The notes beneath the pieces were generated by a model. The model was given only the letters and a program-made list of their open reading frames with translations, was not told the DNA's origin and searched no databases. 64,000 bases of DNA, from positions 95,560-159,559 of the forward strand of contig NZ_JAWDIX010000004.1 of assembly GCF_032380675.1 (NCBI RefSeq), read 5' to 3'. The number at the start of each line of letters is the position of its first letter. The first letter of the stretch is position 1. Below, piece by piece: positions 27,587 to 37,323 of the stretch. The position numbers and the translations under genes were made by a program. The DNA is from Anaerolentibacter hominis. Lineage in GTDB: Bacteria > Bacillota > Clostridia > Lachnospirales > Lachnospiraceae.

Positions 27587-28966
27587 TTAAACCTGCGACG
27601 GCTGGGAGAGCGGTTTGATCATCTGGTGAAAAATACGTTTCAGGAAGAGCAGGCTGAGCAGAAGGGATACCACTTCGGCGATCGGGAAGCACCACCATAT
27701 CATGTCAAGCCCCAAGGTTTGAGCAAACACCCATGCAACAGGCAGGAGCACAAAAAGCTGTCTGCACAGGGACATGATGAGACTTAAGACGCCGTTGCCC
27801 AGAGCCTGAAAGACAGAACTGAGCACAATGGAGACCCCGGCCAGGACAAAATGGACACTGATAATCCTCAGAGCCGTGATCCCGATGGTCATCATTTCTT
27901 CGGAAGCCTTGAAAAATCCCAGAAGCACATCGGGCAATAACTGAAACACTGCCAAACCAACGACCATAATAGCAGTAGCACCGATGACACTGTATTTGAT
28001 CGTGTCGGTAATCCTTTTTTTGTTTTTCGCACCATAATTATAAGCGACAATAGGAACCATACCATTATTTAATCCGAATACCGGCATGAAGATAAAGCTC
28101 TGCAGCTTAAAATATACGCCGAATACAGATACGGCAGTTGTGGAAAACATCAAGAGGATACGATTCATTCCATAAGTCATAACCGACCCTATTGACTGCA
28201 TAATAATAGAAGGAAGTCCCACTGAGTAAATTTGCCGTATCGTACGGCCGTGGGGCCTGAATCCCTTCAGAGACAGGGAGATCTCTTTATTCTTGGTAAC
28301 ATTAAACATCAGGGAAAGTGACATTCCCAGAAGCTGGCCTATGACAGTGGCCAAAGCCGCACCCGCCGCTCCCATGCGGGGAAATCCGAAGAAACCGAAT
28401 ATAAGGATAGGGTCCAGAATAATATTCGTAATCGCTCCGGCTCCCTGGGTCAGCATATTATAAAAAGTTTTACCGGTGGACTGCATCAGACGTTCACTGG
28501 TGATCTGCATAAAAATACCAAAGGATGCGATCGTACAGATGGACAGATAGTCGACACCGTGACGTATAATCTCCACATCACTGGTCTGGGACTGAAAATA
28601 CATCCTGACAAAGAAGATGCCAAATATGGCAAATGCGATATAGCTGAGCACCGCTAAAAAGAGTCCGTTCACAGCCGCCAGGTTTGCCTCTTTCTGCTTT
28701 TTCTCTCCCAGGCTTCTGGACAGGAGTGCATTGACGCCCACTGCGGTTCCCACGCCGACAGCTATCATTAAATTTTGTATGGGGAAAGATAAAGATACTG
28801 CCGTGAGGGCGTCTTCACTGAAATGTGAGACAAAGACTGAATCCACTACGTTATACATTGCCTGTACCAGCATCGAGATTATCATCGGTGCGGCCATTGT
28901 TACCAGCAGCTTTTTAACAGGCATAATGCCCATTTTGTTTTCTTGTTGTACGGTGTTCCCCGCCAT
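27587..28966 (-). CDS. MATE-family efflux transporter
   Basis: 12-TM, 459 aa, typical MATE N-terminus (MPVKKLLVTMAAPMIISMLVQAMYNVVDSVFV). Confidence 0.85.
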   Translation of the reverse strand: MAGNTVQQENKMGIMPVKKLLVTMAAPMIISMLVQAMYNVVDSVFVSHFSEDALTAVSLSFPIQNLMIAVGVGTAVGVNALLSRSLGEKKQKEANLAAVNGLFLAVLSYIAFAIFGIFFVRMYFQSQTSDVEIIRHGVDYLSICTIASFGIFMQITSERLMQSTGKTFYNMLTQGAGAITNIILDPILIFGFFGFPRMGAAGAALATVIGQLLGMSLSLMFNVTKNKEISLSLKGFRPHGRTIRQIYSVGLPSIIMQSIGSVMTYGMNRILLMFSTTAVSVFGVYFKLQSFIFMPVFGLNNGMVPIVAYNYGAKNKKRITDTIKYSVIGATAIMVVGLAVFQLLPDVLLGFFKASEEMMTIGITALRIISVHFVLAGVSIVLSSVFQALGNGVLSLIMSLCRQLFVLLPVAWVFAQTLGLDMIWWCFPIAEVVSLLLSLLFLKRIFHQMIKPLSQPSQV

Positions 28967-29093
28967 TTGTTACCCCTCCATGTCCCAGCAGCCAATTATA
29001 AAATCAGCACTTTTCGTATTCTCCCGCACTTTTTGTCGATTAGTAAGGAAATAAGGCTATTTTAAGGGAAAGTAAAGAAGCTGTCAAGGTTCA

Positions 29094-29123
29094 TTGACAC
29101 AGAAGAGGAGTTAATTGTATAAT
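29094..29123 (+). promoter_or_regulatory. sigma-70 promoter TTGACA-18-TATAAT; -35 embedded in TGTCAA-N6-TTGACA inverted repeat
   Basis: hexamers with 18-nt spacer upstream of the ATC-hydrolase-like gene. Confidence 0.5.
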
Positions 29124-29236
29124 CAATAATAGTATATTTGTCAGAAATTGAGTCGTTTTGGCGAATTTTGCTAAAAGGAACAGTCCGGCAGCTAACAGCC
29201 GCCGTGGCCTATAAATTATTTCAGGAGGAGATACAT

Positions 29237-29734
29237 ATGTCAGACATTAAAAATTTATCACTGGTATTCAGCGATGAAAAGGTAGCAATCAACAGAAAGG
29301 CAATTGAGCACAGAGCAACCTGGATGGGCCTTACCTATGACGAGGGAATCAAAGCAGGTGTGGATGCGGAAGCGATTGCAAGAAAAGCAATTACCCGTAC
29401 CGGCCATGTACACGGAGCTAACTTTAAAGCAGCCTGTCAGGATTCCACAGATTGCAGCCAGTTCTGTGCAGCTTTCCTGGACGATCTTGGAAAGACAACC
29501 TTCCAGATGGACGTTACAGAGTGCACAAAAGACGACTTAAAGATCGAATTCCATTACTGCCCGCTGGTAAGTGCATGGCAGAAGCTGGGCTTTGACGATG
29601 AGACCTGTGCAAAGCTTTGTGATATGGCTATGGACGGCGATAGAGGGATCGCGGCAGAGAACGGCTTAAAGCTGGATCTGACCGATACGATTGCGAAGGG
29701 ATGTCCAACCTGCAAACTGCATTTCCATAAATAA
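29237..29734 (+). CDS. L-2-amino-thiazoline-4-carboxylic acid hydrolase-like family protein
   Basis: 165-aa ORF with a Cys-rich C-terminal half (CxxC pairs); start MSDIKN (ATG 29237) with AGGAGG SD; family assignment from recollection. Confidence 0.5.
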   Translation: MSDIKNLSLVFSDEKVAINRKAIEHRATWMGLTYDEGIKAGVDAEAIARKAITRTGHVHGANFKAACQDSTDCSQFCAAFLDDLGKTTFQMDVTECTKDDLKIEFHYCPLVSAWQKLGFDDETCAKLCDMAMDGDRGIAAENGLKLDLTDTIAKGCPTCKLHFHK

Positions 29735-29760
29735 AAGAACCGAAGTGATAAATTGATCGA

Positions 29761-29791
29761 AAGCCCTCTGCGTTAAAAACGCAGGGGGCTT
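29761..29791. terminator. hairpin between convergent genes (terminator-like, weak U-tract)
   Basis: AAGCCCTCTGCGTT-aaaa-ACGCAGGGGGCTT. Confidence 0.45.
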
Positions 29792-29827
29792 CAATTATAG
29801 AAAAAACTGTCTCAAATATGGCTTAAT

Positions 29828-30364
29828 TCATTGAATTTTTTCATCCAGCATCAGGAAGGCTTCCATCTTCAGTTCCCGGCTGGAGTATATCCCATTCTGG
29901 GACAGGCGGATAACTGCTTTTGCATGTCCGGCAGCCGCGTCCTGGTTCCCCAGTTCTTTCTTTTTCTTCGCAAGTGCCAGGTGGCTGTGGGCCGACAGGG
30001 CGCAGGCCTCATCATACAGTGGATCATCATCGGACAGATGGGGCTCCATCAGGGATATCACCTGTTCAAACCGTCCGAAATGATAGTGTTCTTTTGCCCT
30101 CAGCAATTCTGCGGCCAGGCCGGAAGGGGAGGGACCGGGTTTGCCCTCATACCATGCCAGATCTTCAGGAGATACCAGCGAAGCAACCGGAACACCGAGC
30201 TTCCCTGCGATATATTCCAGAGTATTAATAGATGGAAGAGCAGTACCGCTTTCAATCTGGCTCAACATATTTCTTGTAATAAAATCTCCTACCACTTCAC
30301 TCTGTGTCATTCTTTTTGAAAGCCGAAGCTCCTTAATCCGTTTCCCCAATTCTCTGGAGTCCAT
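29828..30364 (-). CDS. XRE-family HTH transcriptional regulator with C-terminal helical (TPR-like) domain
   Basis: HTH_3 motif (LGKRIKELRLSKRMTQSEV...LSQIESG); ATG 30364 with GGGAAG SD preferred over upstream TTG. Confidence 0.75.
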   Translation of the reverse strand: MDSRELGKRIKELRLSKRMTQSEVVGDFITRNMLSQIESGTALPSINTLEYIAGKLGVPVASLVSPEDLAWYEGKPGPSPSGLAAELLRAKEHYHFGRFEQVISLMEPHLSDDDPLYDEACALSAHSHLALAKKKKELGNQDAAAGHAKAVIRLSQNGIYSSRELKMEAFLMLDEKIQ

Positions 30365-30598
30365 GTTATCACTTCCCAATCTGCAGCCTGTCTGAAACAG
30401 GATATTCGTGCGTAAATAATATTTACCTTACAGAAAGTCTAGCAGAATAAAGGAAAAAAAGCAACACCGTTCAACAAATTTACAAAAGATTTACTGGGGA
30501 TATCTTGACAGAAACAGGGAACCTGTTATAATGAAGGTAAATAAAATTTACTTATAGATGAGACTTATTCATCTGCAATGACCGGGGGAGGTGATTGT

Positions 30599-31255
30599 AT
30601 GGCTGCGTGGTGGGATAGTCTGGATATGTTGCTCAGAGTGTTGTATTGTATTGCGATTCCGGCGACTCTGCTGTTGATCATACAGACTGTATTGATTCTG
30701 TTTGGACTGGGAGACGGCGGGGAGGGAGTGGAAACCAGTGATACATCCGGCCTGGATCTGGATACGGATGTGGACCTGGATGCAGACTTTGATGTCGATG
30801 CAGATCCGGATGCGTTTTCTTCCGAGGGAAGCAATCCGGGGGATTTTGCTACTCTGAAATTGTTTACATTTCAGGGGTTTGTGGCTTTATTCAGTGTGTT
30901 CGGCTGGACTTCAATCGCTATGGTAAAAAACGGGATAAACACCGGTATGTCTCTTATTTCCGGTTTGGTCCTCGGATTTTTGTTTATGTATATCATTGCG
31001 AAGCTGTTCCAGGTATTTTCAAGACTTACATCCAATGGAACGGTAAATACGAAAAATGCGCTGGGATTAAGCGGTACCGTTTATCTGCGTATTCCGGGAA
31101 AAGGCGGCGGCCATGGCAAAGTAAATCTGAATATCCAGGGACAGTTTATGGAGTTTGATGCTATAACGGAGAGCAGTGAACCGATTCCCACGGGAGAAGC
31201 GATCCGGGTTACTGATATCCGCGGTGATTGTCTGGTTGTGGAGAGAGATATATAA
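30599..31255 (+). CDS. NfeD-like membrane protein (flotillin-associated; YuaF/YqeZ-like)
   Basis: TM segments plus acidic linker plus C-terminal OB-fold; directly upstream of a flotillin gene; GGGGGAGGTG SD. Confidence 0.7.
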   Translation: MAAWWDSLDMLLRVLYCIAIPATLLLIIQTVLILFGLGDGGEGVETSDTSGLDLDTDVDLDADFDVDADPDAFSSEGSNPGDFATLKLFTFQGFVALFSVFGWTSIAMVKNGINTGMSLISGLVLGFLFMYIIAKLFQVFSRLTSNGTVNTKNALGLSGTVYLRIPGKGGGHGKVNLNIQGQFMEFDAITESSEPIPTGEAIRVTDIRGDCLVVERDI

Positions 31256-31273
31256 GAGAGAAGGAGGAGAAGT

Positions 31274-32728
31274 ATGGAACTTGAGGTGTTAATTGCGATA
31301 TGTGTGGGTGTTGTCGTTTTATTTGTTTGCCTGATCGGCATCCTGTCCAGATATCGGAAGTGTCCGTCCGACAAGGTTCTGGTTATTTATGGTAAGGTGG
31401 GAAACGACAAGGATGGGAGCCGGTCGGCAAAATGTATTCACGGCGGGGCGGCATTTATTGTGCCGGTGCTGCAATCCTATCAGTATATGGACCTGACCCC
31501 TATATCCATCAATGTGGATTTGAAGAAGGCCCTGTCCAAACAGAATATCCGTGTGGACGTTCCTTCCCGGTTCACGGTAGGTATTTCCACGGAAGACGGA
31601 GTCATGCAAAACGCGGCGGAGCGTCTTCTGGGGCTGAAATTGAGTGAGATTCAGGAGCTTGCCAGCGATATTATCCTGGGTCAGCTGCGTCTGGTTATTG
31701 CAACCATGGACATTGAGGAGATTAACTCGGACCGTGATAAATTCCTTCTGGCGGTCTCTAACAATGTGGAGATAGAGCTGAAGAAGATTGGTCTGCGTCT
31801 GATTAACGTAAACGTGACGGACATTAACGATGAATCCGGCTATATTGAAGCACTTGGAAAAGAAGCGGCCGCAAAGGCGATCAATGATGCCAAGAAGAGC
31901 GTGGCTGAGAAGGACAGAGACGGTGAGATCGGTCAGGCGAACGCAAGAAGAGATCAGCGTATTCAGGTATCGGCCGCAAATGCGGATGCGATCCAGGGTG
32001 AGAATACTTCTAAGATTGAGATTGCTCAGTCGGATGCCGCCAGACGTGAGAAGGAGGCGGAAGCCCTGCGTATTGCCACTGCTGCAGAGGCAGTACAGGC
32101 TGCCAAGGCTAAAGAAGAAGCTTATGAAGCGCAGAAGCAGGCGGAGACAGCCCGTGCCCAGCTGGAACTTGCCACACAGCAGGCTGATATTCTGACTAAG
32201 GCCAAGACGGAGAAGGAACGGGTACAGATTGAGGCGGAGGCAGAGGCTGAAGTAATCCGCAGGAAAGCAAAAGGTGAGGCTGACGCGATCTTTGCCAAGA
32301 TGGAAGCCCAGGCCCGCGGTATTCAGGAGATGCTGTCCAAACAGGCGCTTGGTATGAAAGAACTGGTGGATGCGGCAGGCGGCAGGCCGGATGATGCAGT
32401 TAAGCTGATCGTGGCCGATAAGCTGCAGGATCTGATGCAGATTCAGGTGGAAGCCATCAAGAACATTAAGATTGATAAGGTTACAGTTTGGGATTCCATG
32501 GGCGGAAAGGATAATTCCCCCACAACTGCCAACTTCCTGTCCGGCATGTTAAAGTCGGTTCCTCCGTTAAACGAACTGTTTAAGCAGGCGGGGATGGAAC
32601 TTCCGGCTTTTCTGGGCAAAGATCTGGAGACTTTGGCCAGAGAGCAGGAGGCTGAGAAAACGGAAGCCGAGGAAATTCAGGCGGAACGGCCGAAGGATGA
32701 AGACGAAGAGAATAAATTCGATTTTTAA
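31274..32728 (+). CDS. floT: flotillin-like SPFH/band-7 protein
   Basis: N-terminal TM, SPFH domain, long EA-rich coiled-coil; AGGAGGAGAAG SD. Confidence 0.85.
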   Translation: MELEVLIAICVGVVVLFVCLIGILSRYRKCPSDKVLVIYGKVGNDKDGSRSAKCIHGGAAFIVPVLQSYQYMDLTPISINVDLKKALSKQNIRVDVPSRFTVGISTEDGVMQNAAERLLGLKLSEIQELASDIILGQLRLVIATMDIEEINSDRDKFLLAVSNNVEIELKKIGLRLINVNVTDINDESGYIEALGKEAAAKAINDAKKSVAEKDRDGEIGQANARRDQRIQVSAANADAIQGENTSKIEIAQSDAARREKEAEALRIATAAEAVQAAKAKEEAYEAQKQAETARAQLELATQQADILTKAKTEKERVQIEAEAEAEVIRRKAKGEADAIFAKMEAQARGIQEMLSKQALGMKELVDAAGGRPDDAVKLIVADKLQDLMQIQVEAIKNIKIDKVTVWDSMGGKDNSPTTANFLSGMLKSVPPLNELFKQAGMELPAFLGKDLETLAREQEAEKTEAEEIQAERPKDEDEENKFDF

Positions 32729-32744
32729 AAAGACAGGTATAGAA

Positions 32745-32779
32745 AAAACCCCGGAGATGTGTTTCTCCGGGGTTTTCAT
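32745..32779. terminator. bidirectional terminator between floT and guaB
   Basis: AAAACCCCGGAG-atgtgtttc-TCCGGGGTTTT. Confidence 0.8.
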
Positions 32780-32792
32780 ATTATAGAATCTA

Positions 32793-34304
32793 TTAATTCA
32801 TCTGAGCAATATTGTTATCCTTCACAACTACATCGTGAGCGCCGCCCTCCACAATACTTACAGAGGAAACCAGAGTAAGTCTGGCTTTATCCTGGAATTC
32901 CGGTATACTTAACGCACCGCAGTTGCACATGGTGGAACGAATCTTGCTTAAGGTGATATTTAAATTGTCATGGAGACTTCCGGCATAGGGAACATAGGAA
33001 TCCACGCCTTCTTCAAAGGATAGTTTTTTAGATCTGCCCATATCATAACGCTGCCAGTTTCTGGCTCTGGCGGAACCTTCTCCCCAGTACTCCTTCATAT
33101 AATTGCCGTTTAACATTACCTTGTTGGTGGGGCTTTCATCAAACCGGGAGAAGTATCTGCCCAGCATGCAGAAGTCAGAGCCCATAGCCAGCGCAAGAGT
33201 GATATGATAATCATATACGATACCGCCGTCCGCGCAGATCGGAACATAGATACCGGTTTCTTCAAAATACTCATCTCTGGCTTTGGCCACTTCAATCACT
33301 GCTGTGGCCTGGCCGCGGCCGATGCCCTTCGTCTCACGGGTGATACAGATGGAGCCCCCGCCGATACCGACTTTAACAAAATCAGCGCCTGCTTCAGCCA
33401 GGAAACGGAATCCGTCCCGGTCAACCACATTGCCGGCGCCCACCTTTACTGTCTCTCCATAGTGTTCCCGAATCCACTGAATGGTAATTCTCTGCCATTC
33501 TGTATAGCCTTCGGAAGAATCGATGCACAGCACGTCCGCGCCCGCTTCTACAAGAGCAGGTACCCGTTCTGCGAAATCTCTGGTATTAATACCTGCGCCC
33601 ACCATATAGCGTTTGGAGGAATCCAGAAGTTCTGTCGGATTATCTTTATGAGAATCATAGTCTTTTCGGAATACAAAGGATACCAGTCTCTGATTATCAT
33701 CCAGAATCGGCAGCGCGTTCAGCTTGTGATCCCAGATTACATTGTTGGCTTCCTTTAGTGTGATACCTTCTTTTGCGTAGATCATCTTCTCGATCGGGGT
33801 CATAAACTCACTGATCAAAGTAGACGGGTCCATACGGCTGACACGGTAATCCCTGCTTGTCACGATACCTACAAGCTTTCCGTTCGGGGTCCCGTCATCT
33901 GTTACGGCTACCGTGGAATGTCCGGTTTGTGCTTTTAATTCCAGAATATCGGCCAGTGTCTGATCAGGACGGACATTGGAATCGCTGGAAACAAAGCCTG
34001 CCTTATAGCTCTTTACACGGCCTACCATCGCCGCCTGCTGTTCCACGGTCTGGGAACCGTAGATAAAGGAAAGACCGCCCTCTTTTGCAAGAGCAATCGC
34101 CATCTTATCATCAGATACGGATTGCATAATTGCAGAAACGAGCGGAATATTGATAGAAATTGCGGGTTCTTCGGTTCCTTTTCTGTACTTTGTAAGAGGG
34201 GTTTTCAGTGTAGCATTTGCAGGAATACAATCGGCGGAAGAATAGCCGGGTACCAATAAATACTCACTAAACGTATGGGATGGTTCTTCGTAATAGAATG
34301 CCAT
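32793..34304 (-). CDS. guaB: IMP dehydrogenase
   Basis: catalytic loop [14 protein letters not shown], tandem CBS insert, 503 aa. Confidence 0.9.
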   Translation of the reverse strand: MAFYYEEPSHTFSEYLLVPGYSSADCIPANATLKTPLTKYRKGTEEPAISINIPLVSAIMQSVSDDKMAIALAKEGGLSFIYGSQTVEQQAAMVGRVKSYKAGFVSSDSNVRPDQTLADILELKAQTGHSTVAVTDDGTPNGKLVGIVTSRDYRVSRMDPSTLISEFMTPIEKMIYAKEGITLKEANNVIWDHKLNALPILDDNQRLVSFVFRKDYDSHKDNPTELLDSSKRYMVGAGINTRDFAERVPALVEAGADVLCIDSSEGYTEWQRITIQWIREHYGETVKVGAGNVVDRDGFRFLAEAGADFVKVGIGGGSICITRETKGIGRGQATAVIEVAKARDEYFEETGIYVPICADGGIVYDYHITLALAMGSDFCMLGRYFSRFDESPTNKVMLNGNYMKEYWGEGSARARNWQRYDMGRSKKLSFEEGVDSYVPYAGSLHDNLNITLSKIRSTMCNCGALSIPEFQDKARLTLVSSVSIVEGGAHDVVVKDNNIAQMN

Positions 34305-34580
34305 TTCATCTACTCTCCTTCATATGATTTTAATTTATATCGTAAGACTTTTTTGTCATAAAGGCAAGGTTTATTTCTCTTTCCGGTAAATTTTCATCAC
34401 ATTGTCCCTGGCAGCGCAGCTTATCCTGTGATTTTTCGCACTTCTGACCAAGAATTTTCCTTCTACCCCTATGTTCGGAGTGAAAAGAAAGGACAACTTG
34501 TCCGCCGCAGACGGAGAAGAGTGTTCCGCAACCGGGCAGCCGCGAATATGATAATAGAAAAAAGGCGGATGTAATATGAC

Positions 34581-35486
34581 ATGAGTTGGTTTCAGGAGGT
34601 GGGCCTTGATGAGGTTCACCGAAGGGGCGTTTATGGAGCCGGAGTCGGAGTTGCCGTTCTGGATACGGGGCTCTATCCCCATCCGGATTTTGGGAATCGG
34701 ATCACGGCTTTTTACGATGCATTGAAGAAAAAAGACAGCCCCTATGATGATGCATCCCACGGAACACATGTGGCGGGACTGATCGGCGGAGACGGTTCAG
34801 CCTCCGGCGGCAGATATATCGGAGCGGCTCCGGCCTGCTCCCTGATCGGCGTCAAGGTATTAAATCACCAGGGAAACGGTATGATACCCGACGTATTAAT
34901 CGGACTCAACTGGATATTGGAAAACAAAACCAAATATAATATCCGGATATTAAATATTTCAGTAGGAACTAAAGGAGATACACTGGCAGACGAAGATTCC
35001 GTGCTGGTAAAGGCAGTAGAAGAGGTGTGGAACGCTGGAATTGTAGTGGTGGCCGCAGCGGCTAATAACGGTCCGCTGCCCGGTTCAATCGGCTCTCCGG
35101 GCATCAGCCGGAAGATTATAACCGTAGGAGCTTCCAACGACTATGTTCCCATCGAGTCCAGAGGAAGGAAATTGAAAAATTACTCCGGAAGAGGACCCAC
35201 GGCGTCCTGCATCCGAAAACCGGATATTGTGGCGCCGGGAGCAAAGATGATCTCCTGCAATGTACCCAATTCCGCGAATCGGAATCTCTATGCGGTAAAG
35301 AGCGGAACCTCTATGGCCACGCCTGTGGTTTCGGGGGCAATTGCCCTTCTTTTGTCCCGGTATCCGGAGATGACAACCAGAGAAGTGAAAATTCGGCTAA
35401 AAGAAAGCGCGGTCGATCTGGGACTTCCAGGAAACCAGCAGGGCTGGGGACAGCTTGACGCAGGACGGCTGGTGTTCGGCTCCTGA
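34581..35486 (+). CDS. subtilisin-like S8 serine peptidase without recognizable signal peptide
   Basis: catalytic triad contexts VAVLDTGL, HGTHVAG, GTSMATP; no N-terminal signal sequence. Confidence 0.8.
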   Translation: MSWFQEVGLDEVHRRGVYGAGVGVAVLDTGLYPHPDFGNRITAFYDALKKKDSPYDDASHGTHVAGLIGGDGSASGGRYIGAAPACSLIGVKVLNHQGNGMIPDVLIGLNWILENKTKYNIRILNISVGTKGDTLADEDSVLVKAVEEVWNAGIVVVAAAANNGPLPGSIGSPGISRKIITVGASNDYVPIESRGRKLKNYSGRGPTASCIRKPDIVAPGAKMISCNVPNSANRNLYAVKSGTSMATPVVSGAIALLLSRYPEMTTREVKIRLKESAVDLGLPGNQQGWGQLDAGRLVFGS

Positions 35487-36521
35487 TTATCTGGTATCTG
35501 TGACGGTAACTGCCTGCTCAAAGCCGGCTGAACAGTGAAGCTCATAATCCTCGGTGATAAAAACCGCGTAGATATCAGGCAGAGAGTCGATCAGCGCCAT
35601 TCCTTTTTCCATTCCGAGAACAAAACAGGCGGTACTGAGCGCATCACCATCCACCGACTTTTCAGAAATTATTGTTACGGATACCAGATTATTATCTGTG
35701 GGATAACCTGTGGCCGGATCTAATATATGGTGGTAAAACGTACCATCCTGGGTAAAGCACCGTTCATAAATCCCGGAGGAAACCACAGAACAATCACTTA
35801 AATCCATCAGAGCGATTGTCTCGTTTCTATTCTGAAAGGGGGCCTGTATTCCGATCTGGAAGGGCTCCCCTTTTTTGTCTCCGATGCACAGTACATTGCC
35901 GCCCAGATTGATTACGGCCGAGGTGATTCCATGTTCAATGAGAAATTCCTTGATCCGATCTGCAATATAACCCTTTGCAATGGCCCCCAGATCCAGTTTC
36001 GTGTCCGGGTCGGAGAAGGTAAGCTTTTCGTCTTTTATTGTAAGAGACTGGTAATCAACATGCTTTAAGCCTTCCCGCAGCTGATCCTGGCTGGGCACAT
36101 GAGGCGATGAGGAAGTAAAGTCCCACAGAGAACTGACGCTTCCAATGGCAGGATTAAACGCTCCGCCGGACAGCCGGGCATAGGCAAGCGCATCGGATAA
36201 AAGGGGTTCAAGGTCTGCGCTCAGGCGGACAGAGTCTGACTTGCGGTTATTGACCTGAAACAGTTCGCTGCCCTCCATAGTGCGGGAAAAAATCCTCTCA
36301 TAATAACGGCACAGATCAAAGCTCTGTTCAATCAGCTGTTCGTCAAGACGGTGGTTTTCCGAGGCATAGAGCGTAATGGAACAGGCTGTATTCAGCACAA
36401 AGGCATTGCCGGTTACCGGATCAGGGTATACTATTTTTCGAATTCCCAGATAAAACAGGGAGACGAACAGGAGAAGGATTGCTATATAGAGTGGAAAATT
36501 CTTTTTGAACCGTGCTTTCAA
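35487..36521 (-). CDS. apbE: FAD:protein FMN transferase ApbE
   Basis: N-terminal signal/lipoprotein-like anchor, ApbE-family architecture, 344 aa. Confidence 0.8.
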   Translation of the reverse strand: MKARFKKNFPLYIAILLLFVSLFYLGIRKIVYPDPVTGNAFVLNTACSITLYASENHRLDEQLIEQSFDLCRYYERIFSRTMEGSELFQVNNRKSDSVRLSADLEPLLSDALAYARLSGGAFNPAIGSVSSLWDFTSSSPHVPSQDQLREGLKHVDYQSLTIKDEKLTFSDPDTKLDLGAIAKGYIADRIKEFLIEHGITSAVINLGGNVLCIGDKKGEPFQIGIQAPFQNRNETIALMDLSDCSVVSSGIYERCFTQDGTFYHHILDPATGYPTDNNLVSVTIISEKSVDGDALSTACFVLGMEKGMALIDSLPDIYAVFITEDYELHCSAGFEQAVTVTDTR

Positions 36522-36667
36522 ATATTTTCCCTCCTGTCTTTTAATGTATGAGCTATATTTTATATGATAGGATCAGTGCTGTAAAGCAGGAGCTTGAAAA
36601 GGCCATGTTGTAATCCCGGCCGGTTTGAGATAAAATAAGACAAGAATTCCAGGAAAGGATGACACGG

Positions 36668-37231
36668 ATGGAGAGACAGATACCGAGACCGGGAGAAGTA
36701 TACAGACATTTTAAAAATAAATTATATCAGATTATGACAATTGCAGAGCACAGCGAGACAGGGGAAACATTGATTATTTATCAGGCCCTTTATCCGCCTT
36801 TTTCTGTCTATGCACGGCCTCTTTCCATGTTTATGGAGCCGGTGGATCGGGAGAAATATCCCGGGGTGAAAGCCAGGTATCGTTTCAGCAGGATCGATAA
36901 AGATGAACTTAAGCCTTGGGATCAGACTCTGAAAACTGGCCAAAAAGTCGAACCTTCGGGAGAGCCTGCCAGTACGGTTCAGGTGGATACGGAGGAGAGA
37001 GAGGACATTGATCCGGTCCTCCTTGCGTTTCTTGAGACCGACGACTTGAAAGAGAAAAGGGAAATTTTGCAGAACAGGATGAAAGAGCCCTACGATGAAA
37101 AGATTCTGAACGCTATGGCCGCCTCCCTGGAGGTGGAGATAAGTGATTCTGCGGAGGAAACATTCCGGCAGATCAAGAGAAACCTGGACATCCGAAACCG
37201 GTACGAGATCAGGAGAAGAGACAGGGAATAG
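36668..37231 (+). CDS. DUF1653-domain protein
   Basis: N-terminal GEVYRHFKNKLYQI...AEHSETGE motif typical of DUF1653; start at second ATG (36668) by SD spacing. Confidence 0.65.
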   Translation: MERQIPRPGEVYRHFKNKLYQIMTIAEHSETGETLIIYQALYPPFSVYARPLSMFMEPVDREKYPGVKARYRFSRIDKDELKPWDQTLKTGQKVEPSGEPASTVQVDTEEREDIDPVLLAFLETDDLKEKREILQNRMKEPYDEKILNAMAASLEVEISDSAEETFRQIKRNLDIRNRYEIRRRDRE

Positions 37232-37237
37232 CATATT

Positions 37238-37279
37238 AAAAAGAATCGCCCTGATGGATGGTCAGAGCGATTCTTTTTT
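37238..37279. terminator. bidirectional terminator
   Basis: AAAAAGAATCGC...GCGATTCTTTTTT. Confidence 0.8.
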
Positions 37280-37323
37280 AATATACCAGTAGGCGTTTAG
37301 TGCAATAAGCCAGTAGGCGTTTG

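Noticed and set aside
34371-34769. 132-aa minus ORF overlapping the start of the S8 peptidase gene
   Set aside because: Overlaps a motif-supported gene and the divergent guaB control region. No RBS.
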